Notes: generated by a model not told the origin, from the sequence alone. A stretch of 63,790 nt of DNA, filler included, from Welwitschia mirabilis (GCA_051453625.1; 7 parts of one record of this genome joined end to end with filler, not necessarily neighbours in it); one strand, 5' to 3'; shown: positions 24,201 through 39,246, counted from the whole stretch's first letter. Numbers and translations: made by a program.

Positions 24201-25680
24201 TTTCAATTATGACAATATTAATGAGGTAAAAAGCTTCCTTAATTTAGATAACTAGGTCTTTGATAATTCTTAATTGTTTCTTGATTAAGGTATCAGCTAA
24301 TTTTAAGATGATTGATGTAGGTTTAACTCTATTTTTTAACCCAAGTCTTTTACATATGTGAAAAGGCATGATTTTTACACTTGCTTCTATGTCAATTAAA
24401 GCTTTTTAAATTCTTTTGTTTTCTTCTAAGATAACCTTACCGTTTTAGCCCTAAGATCTTTGAATTTAGGACATTTTTGCATGACTAAGTTGGAAAGAAA
24501 TTGAATAAGAAAAACTTTGCTAGAAATGATACATTTTTGCTTTCTTATTACTAAATTTTTCATAAATTATAATTTTTAAGATTTTCTTACAATAGTTTTA
24601 AAAAGGATAGGTTGATATTGACATCTTACATCAAAATTTTAGGTATTCATTAAAGGTAGGATTCGTATACAATCTATCAAGTCAAGGAGTGGATGGTTTA
24701 TTTCCTTTGTTTTCTTGTGAAGAATTTTTAGTGGAGGCTTTTGTAGGTGATATTGATGGAAGCTTGTATAAATATAAAACTTATACATCTCTTCCTCATT
24801 TATTCCATTATTTTTAAAAGTTGAAACCACATGAGCAGGAGGTGTTGTATCCTTTCCACTTCTTGTTACTATTTTGAAATATCTCCTAACTTCATTTGGG
24901 TTGGGCACTGGATGAGATGAAAGAGAACTTTATGATATTTGGTTAGCAAGCATTATTTATTAAAGCACATTTACTAGGTTCTCAATGTTACTATTAGTTT
25001 TCTCCTACACTTTTCTCATCTCTTCTACGGATTCTCTAAGGAATCATTCTGATTTTGTTGAAAATTAGGTTGAAACTTGAAATTCCTGAATATAATTTTG
25101 AATGGTTTTCATTGAAGTTTTTTATCCAATCTTTGTTAAAATTGTGGATGGCTTTTTAAATTTAGGTTTTCTTTGGTTGAAGGCACACACTTCCTCAAAC
25201 ATACTTTCTTTACAAGTTGGTAACAAAGGGCACTTTGTTATTGGATGAGAGTCATCTTCATAAATTTCATAATTTGAAGTCGATTTTTTATTCTTTACCA
25301 CCTTTGCATCAACTATCATTTGTGCATAATTCTTTAAAGTAGTAGTAAAATCTTTCATTAGGTTGGTTAAGTCCTCCATTTTGTCTTCCTTGTTATGTTT
25401 TACTTTTTTAAAGTCCTTTAGAATTTGACCTATAGTGTGATTTTCTTTAGTGGGTTTAGGCTAAGTTTGACTTATTTCTACTAAGTATTATAACACACTC
25501 CATGCATCATCTAGGCCTAAATTTAACAAGTTGACTCCACAAGAAAAATCTACTAGTTACTTTATTGAAGCATTTAATCTAATATAAAAACAATCTACTA
25601 GCTCTTTTGTATGAAATTCATCAATAGGATTGGAATGGCTAGCAATTATAAAACATTCATAGGCTACTGCAAAATCCTAA
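18300..25680 (-). mobile_element. Athila-type Ty3/gypsy internal region: gag-pol plus long 3' UTR (probably two copies joined over the gap)
   Basis: The 3' UTR 18300-20980 is the reverse complement of a homolog of 42620-44400. 19534-19898 and 20637-21000 are diverged duplicates. Confidence 0.8.
20985..25680 (-). pseudogene. pol: Athila-like gag-pol, decayed
   Basis: RT KLNEVTKKYHYPLFFLDQVLDRIQGHAYYYFLDRYSGYNQI and IFMDEFSIFG, RH YYTTTERKILTIVF..ARLIRWILL, PR ALIDIEASVKIMP, gag VTRSGK. Confidence 0.9.
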
Positions 25681-25780
25681 NNNNNNNNNNNNNNNNNNNN
25701 NNNNNNNNNNNNNNNNNNNNNNNNTTAATTAATTAANNNNNNNNNNNNNNNNNNNNNNNNNNNNNNNNNNNNNNNNNNNN
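25681..25780. other. Artificial scaffold spacer N44-TTAATTAATTAA-N44
   Basis: Exact 100-bp six-frame-stop linker. Confidence 0.97.
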
Positions 25781-28700
25781 TTTTTATTAGGTAAACAATC
25801 CACTAAATATTCACATATTATATGCTTGCATTTGTATGGTGTATTCATTCCACTAAAATAAGATAATCTCAATAATTATTCATCCTCATACTTGGATTTC
25901 ATCACCAAGGTGGGTTACATTATACTTTTATTTCCATATCATTCTGGAAGTGGATTTGATCACCACTATCTTGTCCTACCCATGCATTGACTTACTCTGG
26001 CTTAATATCATAAGAATTTGGTATCAAAGGATCATGTTACACTCTTCGATGATGCTTTAGGAAAGTGGGGGTCACTTATAAGCATGCATCCACCTCATGT
26101 ACCATCTATCACCTATATTTGGGGTTATATCAAGGTGAAGTCTAAGTCTATTGAGTTGATTCCAGTCATGTTTATTTAGTCTAGAACCTAAAGTAGAACC
26201 AACTCATATCTAGAGGATGGCTAGATATTGAGTTGGAATGCTATTAATAAGAGATGCAACCTTTTATTATATTGGTTAGGCACTATCCTAAAACTTATCC
26301 ATTGTATGTGATAAAATAAGTTAATATCCCATCAACTTTATACAAGATATTTTGTATAGTGAAAACAAAGTTAGAAATAAATATAGGTCACAATTTTGAC
26401 ATCCTTATTTTATGCAAATCAAAAGGTTCTATAGTTAAGTAATAATTGTGTTATTTAATTATTTTAAATCTTATAATGTGCCAATAGAGTCTAAATAGAA
26501 TTTGATCCTAGGTTCCATTGTGCATGTTAGTTAATAATGCTTTGAAAAAATTATGGCTAATTAGGGTAGTGCAAGTTACGAGGTTACATAAGGGTATCAG
26601 AGCTTAGGTTAACTCAAATCATGTCCATGTTAATTACTTAAAAATAAATTTGATTACATCCCTTCTAAATTTAATTACTCATTAACTAGAAAAAATTAAT
26701 TATACTCTTGATAATCCTTATCCTTAAAGTAATTATGAAATTAATTATCTCATAAGCATACCAAGTTATAAATAATTATAAAATTAATTATATTTATAGT
26801 TATCTTAATTAAGAATTAATTATATTTATAGTTCTCTTAATTAACTAGTAATCATAAAGTAAATTATACCTATCATAATTCTATTTTATAAAGCATCTTG
26901 AAGTTAGTTATATTTAAGTTAATCCCCATTTCTAATCAAACATGAAATTAATTATATTTATAATAACTCTAATTCTTAAATAATCATGAATTTAATTATA
27001 TTTATGATGGTCTTAATCTTAGATAATCATGAATTTAATAATGGTTCTAACCCATAAACTAAATTACACTTATGATTACCTTAATAACCATGTAGTAGTT
27101 ATGTTCATGATAATATTAGTTACTACATAATTATACTTATAAATAAATCATAATGATCAATTAACCATAAAGTTTATTACACCCATGATAATATTAACTT
27201 CAAAATAATCATTAAGTTAATTACATCCATGTTAATTCTAATTCTTAAGTAATATTAAATATATATTTAGTTCTTAATTATATCCTTAAGAACCTAGATA
27301 CCTTATAGATAGGGATAATGATCTTTACTTATGAAAATCATAATCTCATATGATAGCTTATAGAGCTTGATTACTTTAAGAAAAACACAAATGAATATAT
27401 CATAGGTATATATACCCTTAATATATAAATATGTAAATCAAATTAAACCTTTCTCTAACTTATATTAACTATATAATGTTATATAATTCCCTCTATGCTT
27501 TCTAATTCTAACCCCTACAAGAAAGTTATGAGTCTAATAGAACAAATCCCTTTATGAGTAAGGAAGAGGAATTAACTTAATCATTTAATTTAAATTAATT
27601 AACTCATGATCATATGAACTTTAACTTTTAACCTAATCTTTATCCTCTTATCAACTAAATTGATAATAATTTTTAATCCTTCTAAATGACTCATTGTCAT
27701 CAACCAAGTCTTGGGGTTAATTCAATTACACCAACTAGTGAACATCAAGATAACTCAAGGGTTAATCAATAATATAATGATGGGAATGAACCTCTTATTA
27801 CTCTTAATGTAGAGGCATTAATGAATGCATTCATGTAATTTTTATCATAAACGGTAAAACAAGGTTAAACCCAACAAATAAACAATGGTACCAATTAACC
27901 TAACTAGGATCAGGGTATGAAAAAGTTGATTCAAACATTTATTAAGTTAAATCCACCAAAGTTTACAGGAGGTTCAGATCTATCAAAATTAGAAGCATAG
28001 CTAAGTAATGTCAAAAAGGTTATAGGCATCATAGGATGTGATGAATTTGAAAAGTCTTCTTTAGCTATTTACATATTACAAAGAGAAGCTAACTTATGGT
28101 AAAAAACAGAGAAGGCAAAGTTAGGTGAGGTAGAACTTTCATAGGGATAATTTAAGCACATATTTAAAGAAAATTATATAATCAAATTCTACATTCATCA
28201 AAAGGTTATCGAAATCTACAATCTTAGACAAGCACCTAATATGACTATATCTTCTCATGAATGTAAATTTGTGGAACTCTTAAGATATGTATCACATATG
28301 CATCTTGATGAAGAAGCCAAAGCAAATCTTTTCATTGATAGTCTACTTCCTTCAGTTGCTAATAGAGTATCTATATTCCAACCTAGAAATTTAGTTGAGG
28401 CTACAGAAATAGCAAAAATAGCAGAGCAAAATTAGAAAAGACATCAAGAAAATAAGAAATGAATCCCTCCTATGGGTTCTAGCTTTAAGGGAAATCAATC
28501 ACATGTGTCTCATCAAAATAAGGCTTGGAATGTCAATAGGAGTAATGTTTCTAATAATAATAGTAGAAATAGGAATTTCAATCAAAATAAGAAGGCATCA
28601 TTTAAGAGGAATTGAAATGTTTCTAGTTAGAATCATATGAGTAATCAACTATAAAGGTCTAACTTTAAGTAGAATCCTAGTCAAAGTCATTATCAAGGTC

Positions 28701-29585
28701 TATTTAATAATGACTTTTAATGCTTCAATTGTAAAGAAAGCCATAGAGTTAAAGAATGTCCATTACTTGCTAAGAGTCAACCTAGATAGCAATCAAAAAA
28801 TCCTCAAGAATTACACATTATTCAACAACTAATTAAATTACTTCAAGTAGTAATAGATAATCAAGGGGTAAAATTTCATAGCTTAGTCATAGAAGGTAAA
28901 GATTTACTTAATAAGACATAAATAATTATTTTATTTGATTGTGAAGAAACTTATTGTTTTATATCCCCTAGAGTTATTCTAAAAGAAAAACTATCTTGTG
29001 CTCCAATTGAGGGATTCATAGAGCTTGTAAATGGATTCATAACTAAGGTTGATCATTAATTTCAAAATTGTACTTTATCTATAAGTAGTCATTGCCAAGA
29101 ATAGATGTCCTTTTTGACCAACTCGAGGAAGCTAAGGTATTTCCAAAAGTTGATTAAAATTTGGATATCATAAATTTTGAATTAAGAAAGAATATATTCA
29201 TAAAATAGCCTTCAAAACTTACTATGGGCATTGTGAGTTCACTATCACGCCTTTTGGTTTAACCAATGCCCTTATAGTATTTATGAATTTTATGAATCAC
29301 ATCTTCTAGATGTATCCTGACTTCTTTGTAATTGTGTTTATTGATGACATTCTCATTTATTATAAGTCTTATAAGAAATAGAAGAAACATTTAAGAATAG
29401 TCTTGGACATTTTAAGAAATCACTGACTATATGCTAATATGGAAAAATTTCTTTCTAAAAGAAATCCATTCAGTTCTTGGGTTATGTAGTATCTATGGAA
29501 GGTATTTTAGTTAATCTAGATAAAGTTAAAACAATTATGGAATGGCCAGCACCTACAACTATTACTAAAGTTAGAAGCTTTATTA
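25781..29585 (+). mobile_element. Tekay/Del-type gypsy element C, copy 1: partial 5' LTR, PBS, long 5' UTR, gag, internally deleted pol
   Basis: LTR ends GAGGTTACA at 26588, PBS GGGTATCAGAGC at 26592-26603, gag KLNPPKFTGGSD, PR remnant, RT LPRIDVLFDQL..VFIDDILIY. Confidence 0.85.
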
Positions 29586-29686
29586 NNNNNNNNNNNNNNN
29601 NNNNNNNNNNNNNNNNNNNNNNNNNNNNNNNNNNNNNNNNNNNNNNNNNNNNNNNNNNNNNNNNNNNNNNNNNNNNNNNNNNNNNA

Positions 29687-32600
29687 TAAAAATCATAATG
29701 ATCAATTAACCATAAAGTTAATTATACCCATGATAATCTTAACCTCAAAATAATCATTAAGTGTGTAGTTACATCCATGCTAATTCTAATTATTAATTGA
29801 TCTTAAATAGATAATTAGTTCTTAATTATCTCCTCAAGAACCTAATTACCTTATCGATAGTGATAATGATCTTTACTTATGAAAACCATAATCTCATATG
29901 ATACCTTAGAGCTTGATTACTTGAAGAAAAAACATAAATGGATATATCATAAGTATATGTGTGTGTGTATGTGTGTGTGTGTATAAACCAAATTAAACCT
30001 TTCTCTAATTTATATTAACTATATAATGTTATATAATTCCCTCATGCTTTCTAATTCTAATCCCTATAAGAAACTTATGAGTCTAATAAGACAAATCCCT
30101 TTATGAGTGAGGAAAAGGAATTAACTTAATTATTTAATTTAAAATAATTACCTAATTGTCATAACACAATATTTATTAAGAACATATGAACTTCAACCTT
30201 TAATCTAATATTTATCCTTTAATCAATCAAATTTGATAATAATTTTTACTCCTTCCAAATGGCTCGTCGTCGTTAACCAAGTCTTGAGGCTAATTGCATT
30301 ACACCAACTAGTCAACATCAAGATAATTAAGGGCTCATCAACAATATAATAATGGAAATCAACCTCCTATTACTCATAATTCATAGGAATTAATAAGTAT
30401 ATTCATGAATTTCTATCATAAACAGTAAATGAAAGTTAAATCCCACAAATAATAAATGGTACCAATCAACCTAATAAGGATGTGGATATGACTAAGTTAA
30501 TTCAAACATATATTATGTTAAATACACCAAATTTTATAGGAGGTTTAAATCCATCAAAAGTATAAGAATGGCTAAGTGATGATGAAAAAATGCTTCTTTA
30601 ACTATCTACATGTTATAAGGAGAATCTAACTTATGGTGGAAAATACAGATGGAAAAGTTAAGTGAGGTGAAACTTTTATAGGGAGAGTTTGAGCACATAT
30701 TTAAAGAAAAGTATATTAACAATTTCTACATTCATCAAAAGGTTACCAAATTCTAAAATCTTAGGCAAGCACTGAATATCACCATAGATTCTCATGAATG
30801 TAATTTTATGGAACTATTAAGATATGTATCACATATGCATCTTGATGAAGAAGCCAAAGCAATATCTTCATTGATAGTCTACTTCCTTCAGTTGCTACTA
30901 AGATATCTATGTTACAATCTAGAACTTTAGCTGAGGCTACAGAGAAAGCAAAAATAGTAGAGCAATATTAACAAAGAAAACAAGAAAACAAAAATGAATT
31001 CTTCCTAAGGATTCTAGCTTTAAAGAAAATCAATTACATGTGTCTCATCGTAAGAATACTTAAAATGTCAATAGGGGTAATGTTTCCAATAATAACAGTA
31101 GAACTAGAAATTTCAATCAAAATAAGCATGTCATTCAAGAGGAAATGGAATGTTTCTAGTCAGAGTCATATGAGCAATCAACCATAAATATCCCATTTTA
31201 AGAAGAATCTGAGCTAAACTCATTATTAAAGTCAATCTAATAATGGATTTTAATGCTTTAATAATATAGGAAATCATGGGATTAAATAATATCCATTACT
31301 TACTAAGATCTAGCCAATTAAACAACTTCGAGTAGTAATAGATAATCAGGGGGTGCAATTTCAGAACTCAGTCATAGAAGGTAAATCTTTATTTAATAAT
31401 AAATAAATATTTATTTTATTTGATTATGAAGCAACTCATTATTTTATATTTCCTAGAGTTATTCTAAGAGAAAAATTATGTTGTATTCTAACTAAGGGAC
31501 ACATAAAGCTTGCAAATGGGTCCATAGCTAAGGTTAATCATTAGGTCCAAAATTGTACTTTATCTATAACTAGGAAAGATATTTAGATTCAAATAATTGT
31601 TATTAATTTGAAAAATATGATGTTGTTTTGGGCATGAATTAATTAATGCAAAATAAGATAGTTATAAATTATGGGAAGTGTCAAGTAGAGATGATAAATC
31701 ATGGGCAAATAATAACCTTTTAAGTTTAATCCAAATTAGTTGTGAATAACATGATTAAAGCCAANNNNNNNNNNNNNNNNNNNNNNNNNNNNNNNNNNNN
31801 NNNNNNNNNNNNNNNNNNNNNNNNNNNNNNNNNNNNNNNNNNNNNNNNNNNNNNNNNNNNNNNNCAAAATAAGATAGTTATAAATTATGGGAAGTGTCAA
31901 GTAGAGATGATAAATCATGGGCAAATAATAACCTTTTAAGGTTAATCCAAATTAGTTGTGAATAACATGATTAAAGCCAAGCATATAAATAGGGAAATTA
32001 AGAAGGAATAATTAGTTTACATGCTTTGTTTAAAATCAACTAATATAAAGTAAGGAGGAACTTTAGTGGAAAATATACTAATAATCCAAGATTATCTTGA
32101 TGCATGTATAACAAAACTACTATAAATGCCATCTATTTTAGAAGTTGAGTTTGCTATTGATTTGATANNNNNNNNNNNNNNNNNNNNNNNNNNNNNNNNN
32201 NNNNNNNNNNNNNNNNNNNNNNNNNNNNNNNNNNNNNNNNNNNNNNNNNNNNNNNNNNNNNNNNNNNTCAAGGTCAATCCAAATCAGTTGTGAATAACTT
32301 GATTAAAGCCAAGCATATAAAGAGGGAAATTAAGAAGGGATCATCAGTTTACATGATTTATTTAAAATCATCTAATATAAAAAAAAGAAAAACTTTAGTG
32401 GGTAATATACCAATAATCCAAGATTATCTTGATGTATTTATAATAAAACTACCAAGAATGCCATCTATTTGAGAAGTTGAGTTTGCTATTGATTTGATTC
32501 TAAGAACTCAACCTATTTCCAAGGTGCCTTATAGAATGTCTCCTACAAAATGAAAGAACTAAAAATTTAGCTTGAAAAACTTCTACAAAAAGGTTTTATT

Positions 32601-34508
32601 TGTCCTAATGTATCATCATGGGATGCATCAGTGTTATTTGTAAACAAAAAGAGTAGAACACTTAGATTATGCATTGATTACAGATAGTTAAATAAAGTTA
32701 AAATTAAGAATAAGTATCTAATACCAAAAATATATGAGCTTTTTGACCAACTGAAGGAAGTCAAGGTATTTTTTAAAGTTAATTTAAAATCTAAATATCA
32801 TCAATTTCAAATTTATGAAGAAAATATTCACAAAACAATATTTAGAACTCACTATGAGTATTATGAGTTCACTATCGTGTCTTTTGGTTTAACTAATGTC
32901 CATGTTGTATTCATGAGTCTTATAAATCACATCTTCTACTCATATCTTAACTTCTTTGTAATTGGGTTTATTAATGACATTCTTATTTATTCTAAGTCTT
33001 ATGAGAAACATGATAAACACTTGAGAATAGTGTTAAACACTTTAAGAAATCATCGACTACATGTTAATAGGAGAAATGTCCTTTTTAGAAGGAATCCCTT
33101 TAGTTCTTAGGTCACCTAGTATTTAAGAAAGGTATTTTAGTTAATCCAGATGAAGTTAAGGTAATTATGGAATGGCCAGCATCCACAACTATTACTAAAG
33201 TTATAATATTTCTTGGTTTTGCTAGGTATTATTATTGATTCATCTTTAACTTCTCTAAGATAGATCCTCCTCTAATAAGTATCTTAAGGAAAAATAAAGA
33301 TTTTTAATAGACATAAAAATGTCAATAATCCTTTGATCATCTTAAAGAATGTTCAACTAGTACTCCAGTGTTAGTAATGCCAGATGATTATAAAACCTTT
33401 TTAGTTTACACTGATGTATCATAAAAAGGTTTTGGAGCTATTCTTGAATAAGATAAAAGGGTAATAGCCTATGGATCAAGGCAATTTAAGACACATGAGT
33501 AAAATTATCCTATTCATGATCTTGAATTAGCTACAATAATATTTGCTTTAAAGTGATGAAAGCATTATCGCTATGTGTTAAATTTCAAGTTTAAACTAAT
33601 CATAAGAGTTTAAAATACATTTTCACCCAACCAAACTTAAACCTTAAACAAAGAAGATGGATGGAATTTTTGTGTAACTTTGATCTTGAAATTTTATACC
33701 ATAAGGGCAAAGAGAATAAAGTTACAAATGTTTTTAGTAGATATGGGTATTTTAAAATAATTATGGAAATTCAAAATTAAATACCTCTTATTATTATAGT
33801 TGGTCAAAACAAATATGAAAATTATCAAAAATTAAAGGATCAGTTAGAAAAATAAATAAATTTAAGAGACTTTAGTATTGATTCAAAAGGTATTATTAAA
33901 CTTAAGGAAAGATTCTTGGTTTCTAATGTAGATGAAATTAGATAAAAGTTAATGTTTGAATTTATACTAAAACATGAAGCAAAAATGTTGATTATTTTGG
34001 GTAAAAATGAATATAGAAGAATTTGTATCAAAGTGTCTAAATTATCAATAAGTTAAGGCAGAATTTAGTGGGGCTATTTTATCCTCATAATGTTCCAGAA
34101 TATAAATGGGATGTAATTTGCATGGATTTTATATTAGAGCTTCAAAGAACTCCAAGAGGTAATAATGCAATTTTGGTTATAATTAATAGGGAAATAAAAT
34201 TAGCATATTTTATTCTAGTAAAATCTACTTATAGTGCTAAGGATATAGCTAATGTGTACATTTAGAATGTTATTTATTTACATGATGTACTCTTAGTGAT
34301 TAGTTATGATAGGGATTTAAAATTTACTTCTAAATTTTAGCAAGAACTATAATTGGGTTTATGAATGAAGCTAAACATGAGCATAGCATTTCATCCTCAA
34401 ATAGATGGTCAAGCAGAAAGAGTCAATTAAATCCTAGAGGATCTTCTTAGAGCATGTGTTCTTGATGAATATAAGAGTTGGAATGAATAACTATCATTAG
34501 TGGAATTT
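29687..34508 (+). mobile_element. Tekay/Del-type element C, copy 2: 5' UTR, gag, PR, RT, RH, IN, truncated by a Sirevirus insertion
   Basis: Paralogous to 27144-29585. RT FINDILIYSKS, RH NYPIHDLELA, IN YKWDVICMDFI..AFHPQIDGQAERV. Confidence 0.88.
29958..29982 (+). repeat. (TG)n microsatellite
   Basis: Direct reading. Absent from the copy-1 paralog. Confidence 0.85.
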
Positions 34509-37500
34509 AATAGGATCAAGAACCCTAAAGGGATGGTGAATAGGTTCTTTCAAAAACTTAATAAATAATCTAAAAGAAATAAATTTAAATGCAACTTGCA
34601 TACATTCAATAAACTATTCTAAAAGTGCATAATATGATAAAATACTAAAAGTAAAGAATCAAAAACTAAAAGTAAAAACTACCAAATTGATGAAAGTTGG
34701 ATTTATAGTGGTTCAAGAAACTCCCCTACTTCACTCTTGATGATCAGCTTCTCCCAAGCTAGATCCCAGATCTCTGTTACTCCACTAGGTATTTCAGGCT
34801 CACTTGTAATCTTTACAAGTGGACTTTTCCAAGATAAGTCTCAACCTTTAAAACAGACTTTTCAAGGCATAGTCTCAACCTATAGAATAGACTTTTTAAG
34901 GCTTATTCTCAACCTTTAGAATGGAATTTTCAGGGCTTAGTCTCAACCTATAGAAAATAGAGTAGTAATTGTAGTGATGTCTCAATATCACAGATAACAC
35001 TCCTTCTAAAATCAGTACAATAGATGGAGCTATCCTCCTATATAATTACAACCCATGATGCCCTATATTTGACTTTGAATAAAACAAGTATGTTAATGAT
35101 AGATCTTCTTTAGTCAAAAATGTAGATGCCAAGATGCAATAATAATAGTAATATAATTACACAGCTTGATCTTTTAGATTCAATAGATTTTTCTAAATGA
35201 AAGCAATTCTAAAAGATTGATTGGTCATTTATGGCTTAGCTATTTATAATGGAAATCTATTAGGGTTTATTACATTTGAATTACACCTTCAATAGCTATA
35301 AACATCTAGAAAACAGCTACCTAATGGCTAAATAATTGATAATAATGTTTAGAAGAATTTTGTTTCCACTTCATTCAATCGACCCCACAAAAATCCAGTC
35401 AACCTCATGTGGTACCATGAGTTACACAGGCCGCCCGAGAGAGAGTTTTGGTTACCCCAGATTTTTATGTCTTCATGTCCAGTGGATCCAATCTAGGTCT
35501 GGTCGACCCTAATCTAGTTGATCCCATCCTGGGTACGGTCGATCCCTTGTCTCTCAGTCTAGGAATACTATCTGTTATGTCCTCAAGTTTAGTTAATCCC
35601 ATAAAAATTTAGTCAATTCCTTTCTATTCATTTCAAGGACACTATTTCTCCAAGTTATAGGATTGGTCAACCCCATTAAAATCTGTTCAATCCCTCTAGA
35701 TGAAGTTCATTTTTTTTTGACAGCTTCAAGTGCCATCGATCCCTTAAGGATCCAGTTGACCCCTCTGGAGGGTGAATAAATAAATAGGTTTTTAATGCTC
35801 ATTTTAGTTCTATATTTCAACCTAAAAAAATCTTACACTCTTTTACACAAAATACACAAAATTTTCTATACAAAATACATTAGTTTGATATCAATTGGCA
35901 AAACATAATCTAATAATCTCCCCCTTTGAAATTGATGGTAAAAAAAAAGTAATTTCAAGATTAATAAATATTTCATCTTTGAGCTCTTTTCTAGTAAATC
36001 ATACTAAGATAATAAGAACTCCCCTTTCTTAAGTCCATATAATTAATATTAAGCAAAATATGTAAAACAAATACAAATCATGTTTAATTGATGAAAACTT
36101 TTGAAAATACTACATTTCTCCCCTTTTGACATTAATGGCAAAGAATAAAAATAGAAAGATAAAGAGTTATAGACCTTAAATATGTAATAATAAATATCAA
36201 ATTTTCTCTTCTAACTTAATGCCATAGATAAAAGGACTCAAAATAGAATGTCCAAAGATAGTATGAAAAAAATATGATAAGCTGTAATTTATAATCCCCA
36301 AAAGAAAACCAACTAATGCTATGGTTATGACGATAAGACAAAGTAAAACATCAAAATATTTAAAATTCATAGATAAATTTCCACAGAAATTACCAAGAGA
36401 TTAAAACAAAAATAATAAAATAAATGATGATCTTCTATTCTGTGGCTATGACAACTTCAAAACTTTAAGAGACTAAGTAACCAAGTATAAAACCAATAGA
36501 CTGACCTATTTTAGTTAACTGAATAACTAGTTTAGTCGACTATCCTGTAATTAATTATAAGATGGTAAGATAACTCCCAGTTCTTGTTTGAGATGAATAA
36601 AAGTATTAAAGTTTAGGGGTTTAGTAAAAATATCTACTAATTATTGGTCTGTGGTTATAAAATTCATAGATATATGTTCTTTTTAACTTGATCTCAAGGA
36701 AAATGATGTCTGAGCTTAATATGCTTCATTCTTGAGTGTTGAACTAGATTTTTAAATATATTAATAGCACTTGTGTTGTCACAAAAAATAGGAACTTGTT
36801 CACAATTAACACTAAAGTCTTTTAACATTTCTTTAATCCATAAAAGGTAAGTGTAACAAGTACCTATTGTAATATATTCAGCTTCTATAAGAGAAAGAGA
36901 AATAGAGTTTTATTTCTTACTTATCCATCCTACTAAACATGAACCTAGAAGAAAGCAATTTCCACATGTGCTTTTTCTATCATCTTTACATCTAGCCTAA
37001 TCTGCATCACTAAAACCTACAAGATTAAAATATGTCTCAATGGGTACCATAGGTCATAATCACATGTATCTTTTACATACCTAAGTATTCTTTTTACTAC
37101 TTTAAAATGTGATTCTTTTAGATTGGATTGATATCTTCCACATACTCTAATACTAAACATGATATCTAGTATACTTGCAGTTAAATATGATAAGCTACCA
37201 ATCATGCTTATATAAAGTTTTTGATCTATTAATTTACCATTTTCATTCAAAAACACTTTACATGATGTAGACATATGAGTATTAATTGTCTTTTCATGTT
37301 CTAAACCAAATCATTTAGTTAAATCTCTTAAATATTTGGATTGAGAGATAAATATTCCATCTTGGAATTATTTAATCTAAAGTCCAAAAAATATTTTAAC
37401 TTTACCAAGCATGCTTATTTAAATTGATTTATCATAATATTTGAAAATTATTTTGATAAATTTTCATTTAAAGCACCAAAAATAATATCATCTATATAAA

Positions 37501-39246
37501 TCTATATAATAATGATATCATTTTTTAAATTCTTCACAAATAAAGTTTTGTCTACAGTTCCTCGAACATATCCATGTTCATTTAAGAAAGTAGCTAGCTT
37601 TTCATACCATGCTCTTGGTGCTTGTTTTAATCCATATAAAGGTTTTTTAAGTCTATACATATGATTAGGTCTATGAGGATCAATAAAACCTTGTGGTTAT
37701 TCTACATAAACTTATTTAATTAATGATCCATTCGGAAAAGCACATTTTATATTCATTTGATATACTTTGAAGTTATTAAAGGATGCAAAGGCCAAAAACA
37801 TTCTAATGTTGTCTAATCCTGCAATAGGAGCAAAAGTATCTCATACATCAATTCCTTCTATTTAGTTGTAACCTTGAGCTATTAATCTTGCTTTTTTTTT
37901 ATGACATTGTTTTCCTTATCACATTTGTTCTGAAAGATCCTTTTGGTACCAATAACATTCTTATCTTGTAGCCTCTTTACTGTTTCCAAACATTGTTTCT
38001 TTTGAATTGTTATAGATCATCTTGCATTGTCAACATCCATTCTTCATGAATTTCTGCTTCTTGAAAGTTCTTGGGCTCTATCTTTGAAACATAACAAACA
38101 TGAGCATACAAATTTTTTATGAAACTTCTTATCTTTACTTTTAAGTTAACTTCTCTAATAATGGATTCTATCGGATGATCTTTAAGGAGTTTAGGCTTTT
38201 TTGGAGTGCCTTCTTTTACTTGAATTTCATTTGTTTCAGTAACATCTTCATTTGATATGGAAATACTTATGGTTATAGTCTCTTCCTCATTCACGCAGTT
38301 TATTCTTGTGTCAATCTCATTAGTTTGTGTGTTTATTGATTCTTCTATTATCAAGCTTCTTTTGTTGAAAACATAATAGGATCTACTTCTCATTGAGTAT
38401 TCTAAAAATATAGCTTCATCATCTTTTGATTCAAACTTGCTCAAGTGTTCTTTATCTTTTAGCACATAGCATTTACTTTTAAATACTTTAAAGTATGACA
38501 CATTTGATTGTCTTCGTTTCCATAACTCATAAGGTATTTTATCAGTACCAGGTTTAAGATACATTCTATTAATAATATAACATGCTATGCTAACTGCCTC
38601 GACCTAAAAATATTTAGAGACTTCCTTATCATTTAACATAGTTCGAGTCATTTAGAACTCTATTCTTTCTTTTAGCTATGCCATTTTGTTGTGGTGTTTT
38701 TGAAGCTGAAAACTAATGATCAAAACCATTTTCAATGCAATACTTCTTAAAAAAATGATTTTTAGATTCATGACCATGATTACTTCTTATTTTCTTTATA
38801 GTATACCCTTTTTTCTTTTGAATCTTATTGTAAATTTCAATCTAATGCTTATAAGCTTTAGACTTATTTGACAAAAGGCTATCCAAGTATATCTAAAGAA
38901 ATCATCAACCATTGTAAGGAAATAATGTTTTCTACCCAGACTTTGAGTTTGAGTAGGGCCTACTAAATCCATATGAATAAGTGCAAATGGCATAGATGTG
39001 GAAGCTTGTGTTTTAATTTTATGAGAGCTCCTGATTTGTTTCCACTTTTGGCAAGCATCACACAACCCTTGCTTTTCTATGTTTATCTTAAGGATTCTTT
39101 TTATTATATTTTTATGAATAATCATTTTCAATTTATCATAATTATATGATATAAATGTTTATGCCATAATTTATCTTTAGGAACATTCAAAAAATAACAT
39201 GGAGAAAATTATTGATCTATGCTATAAACATTATCTATTCTACTCA
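34509..39246 (-). mobile_element. Sirevirus (copia SIRE): 3' LTR 34509-35915, multiple PPTs, pol
   Basis: LTR homologous to 15722-17181, PPT ATCTCCCCCTT at 35916, copia domain order IN-RT-RH. Confidence 0.9.
36570..39246 (-). pseudogene. pol: Copia pol (GAG-pre-integrase, IN, RT, RNase H), decayed
   Basis: [91 protein letters not shown]. Confidence 0.92.
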
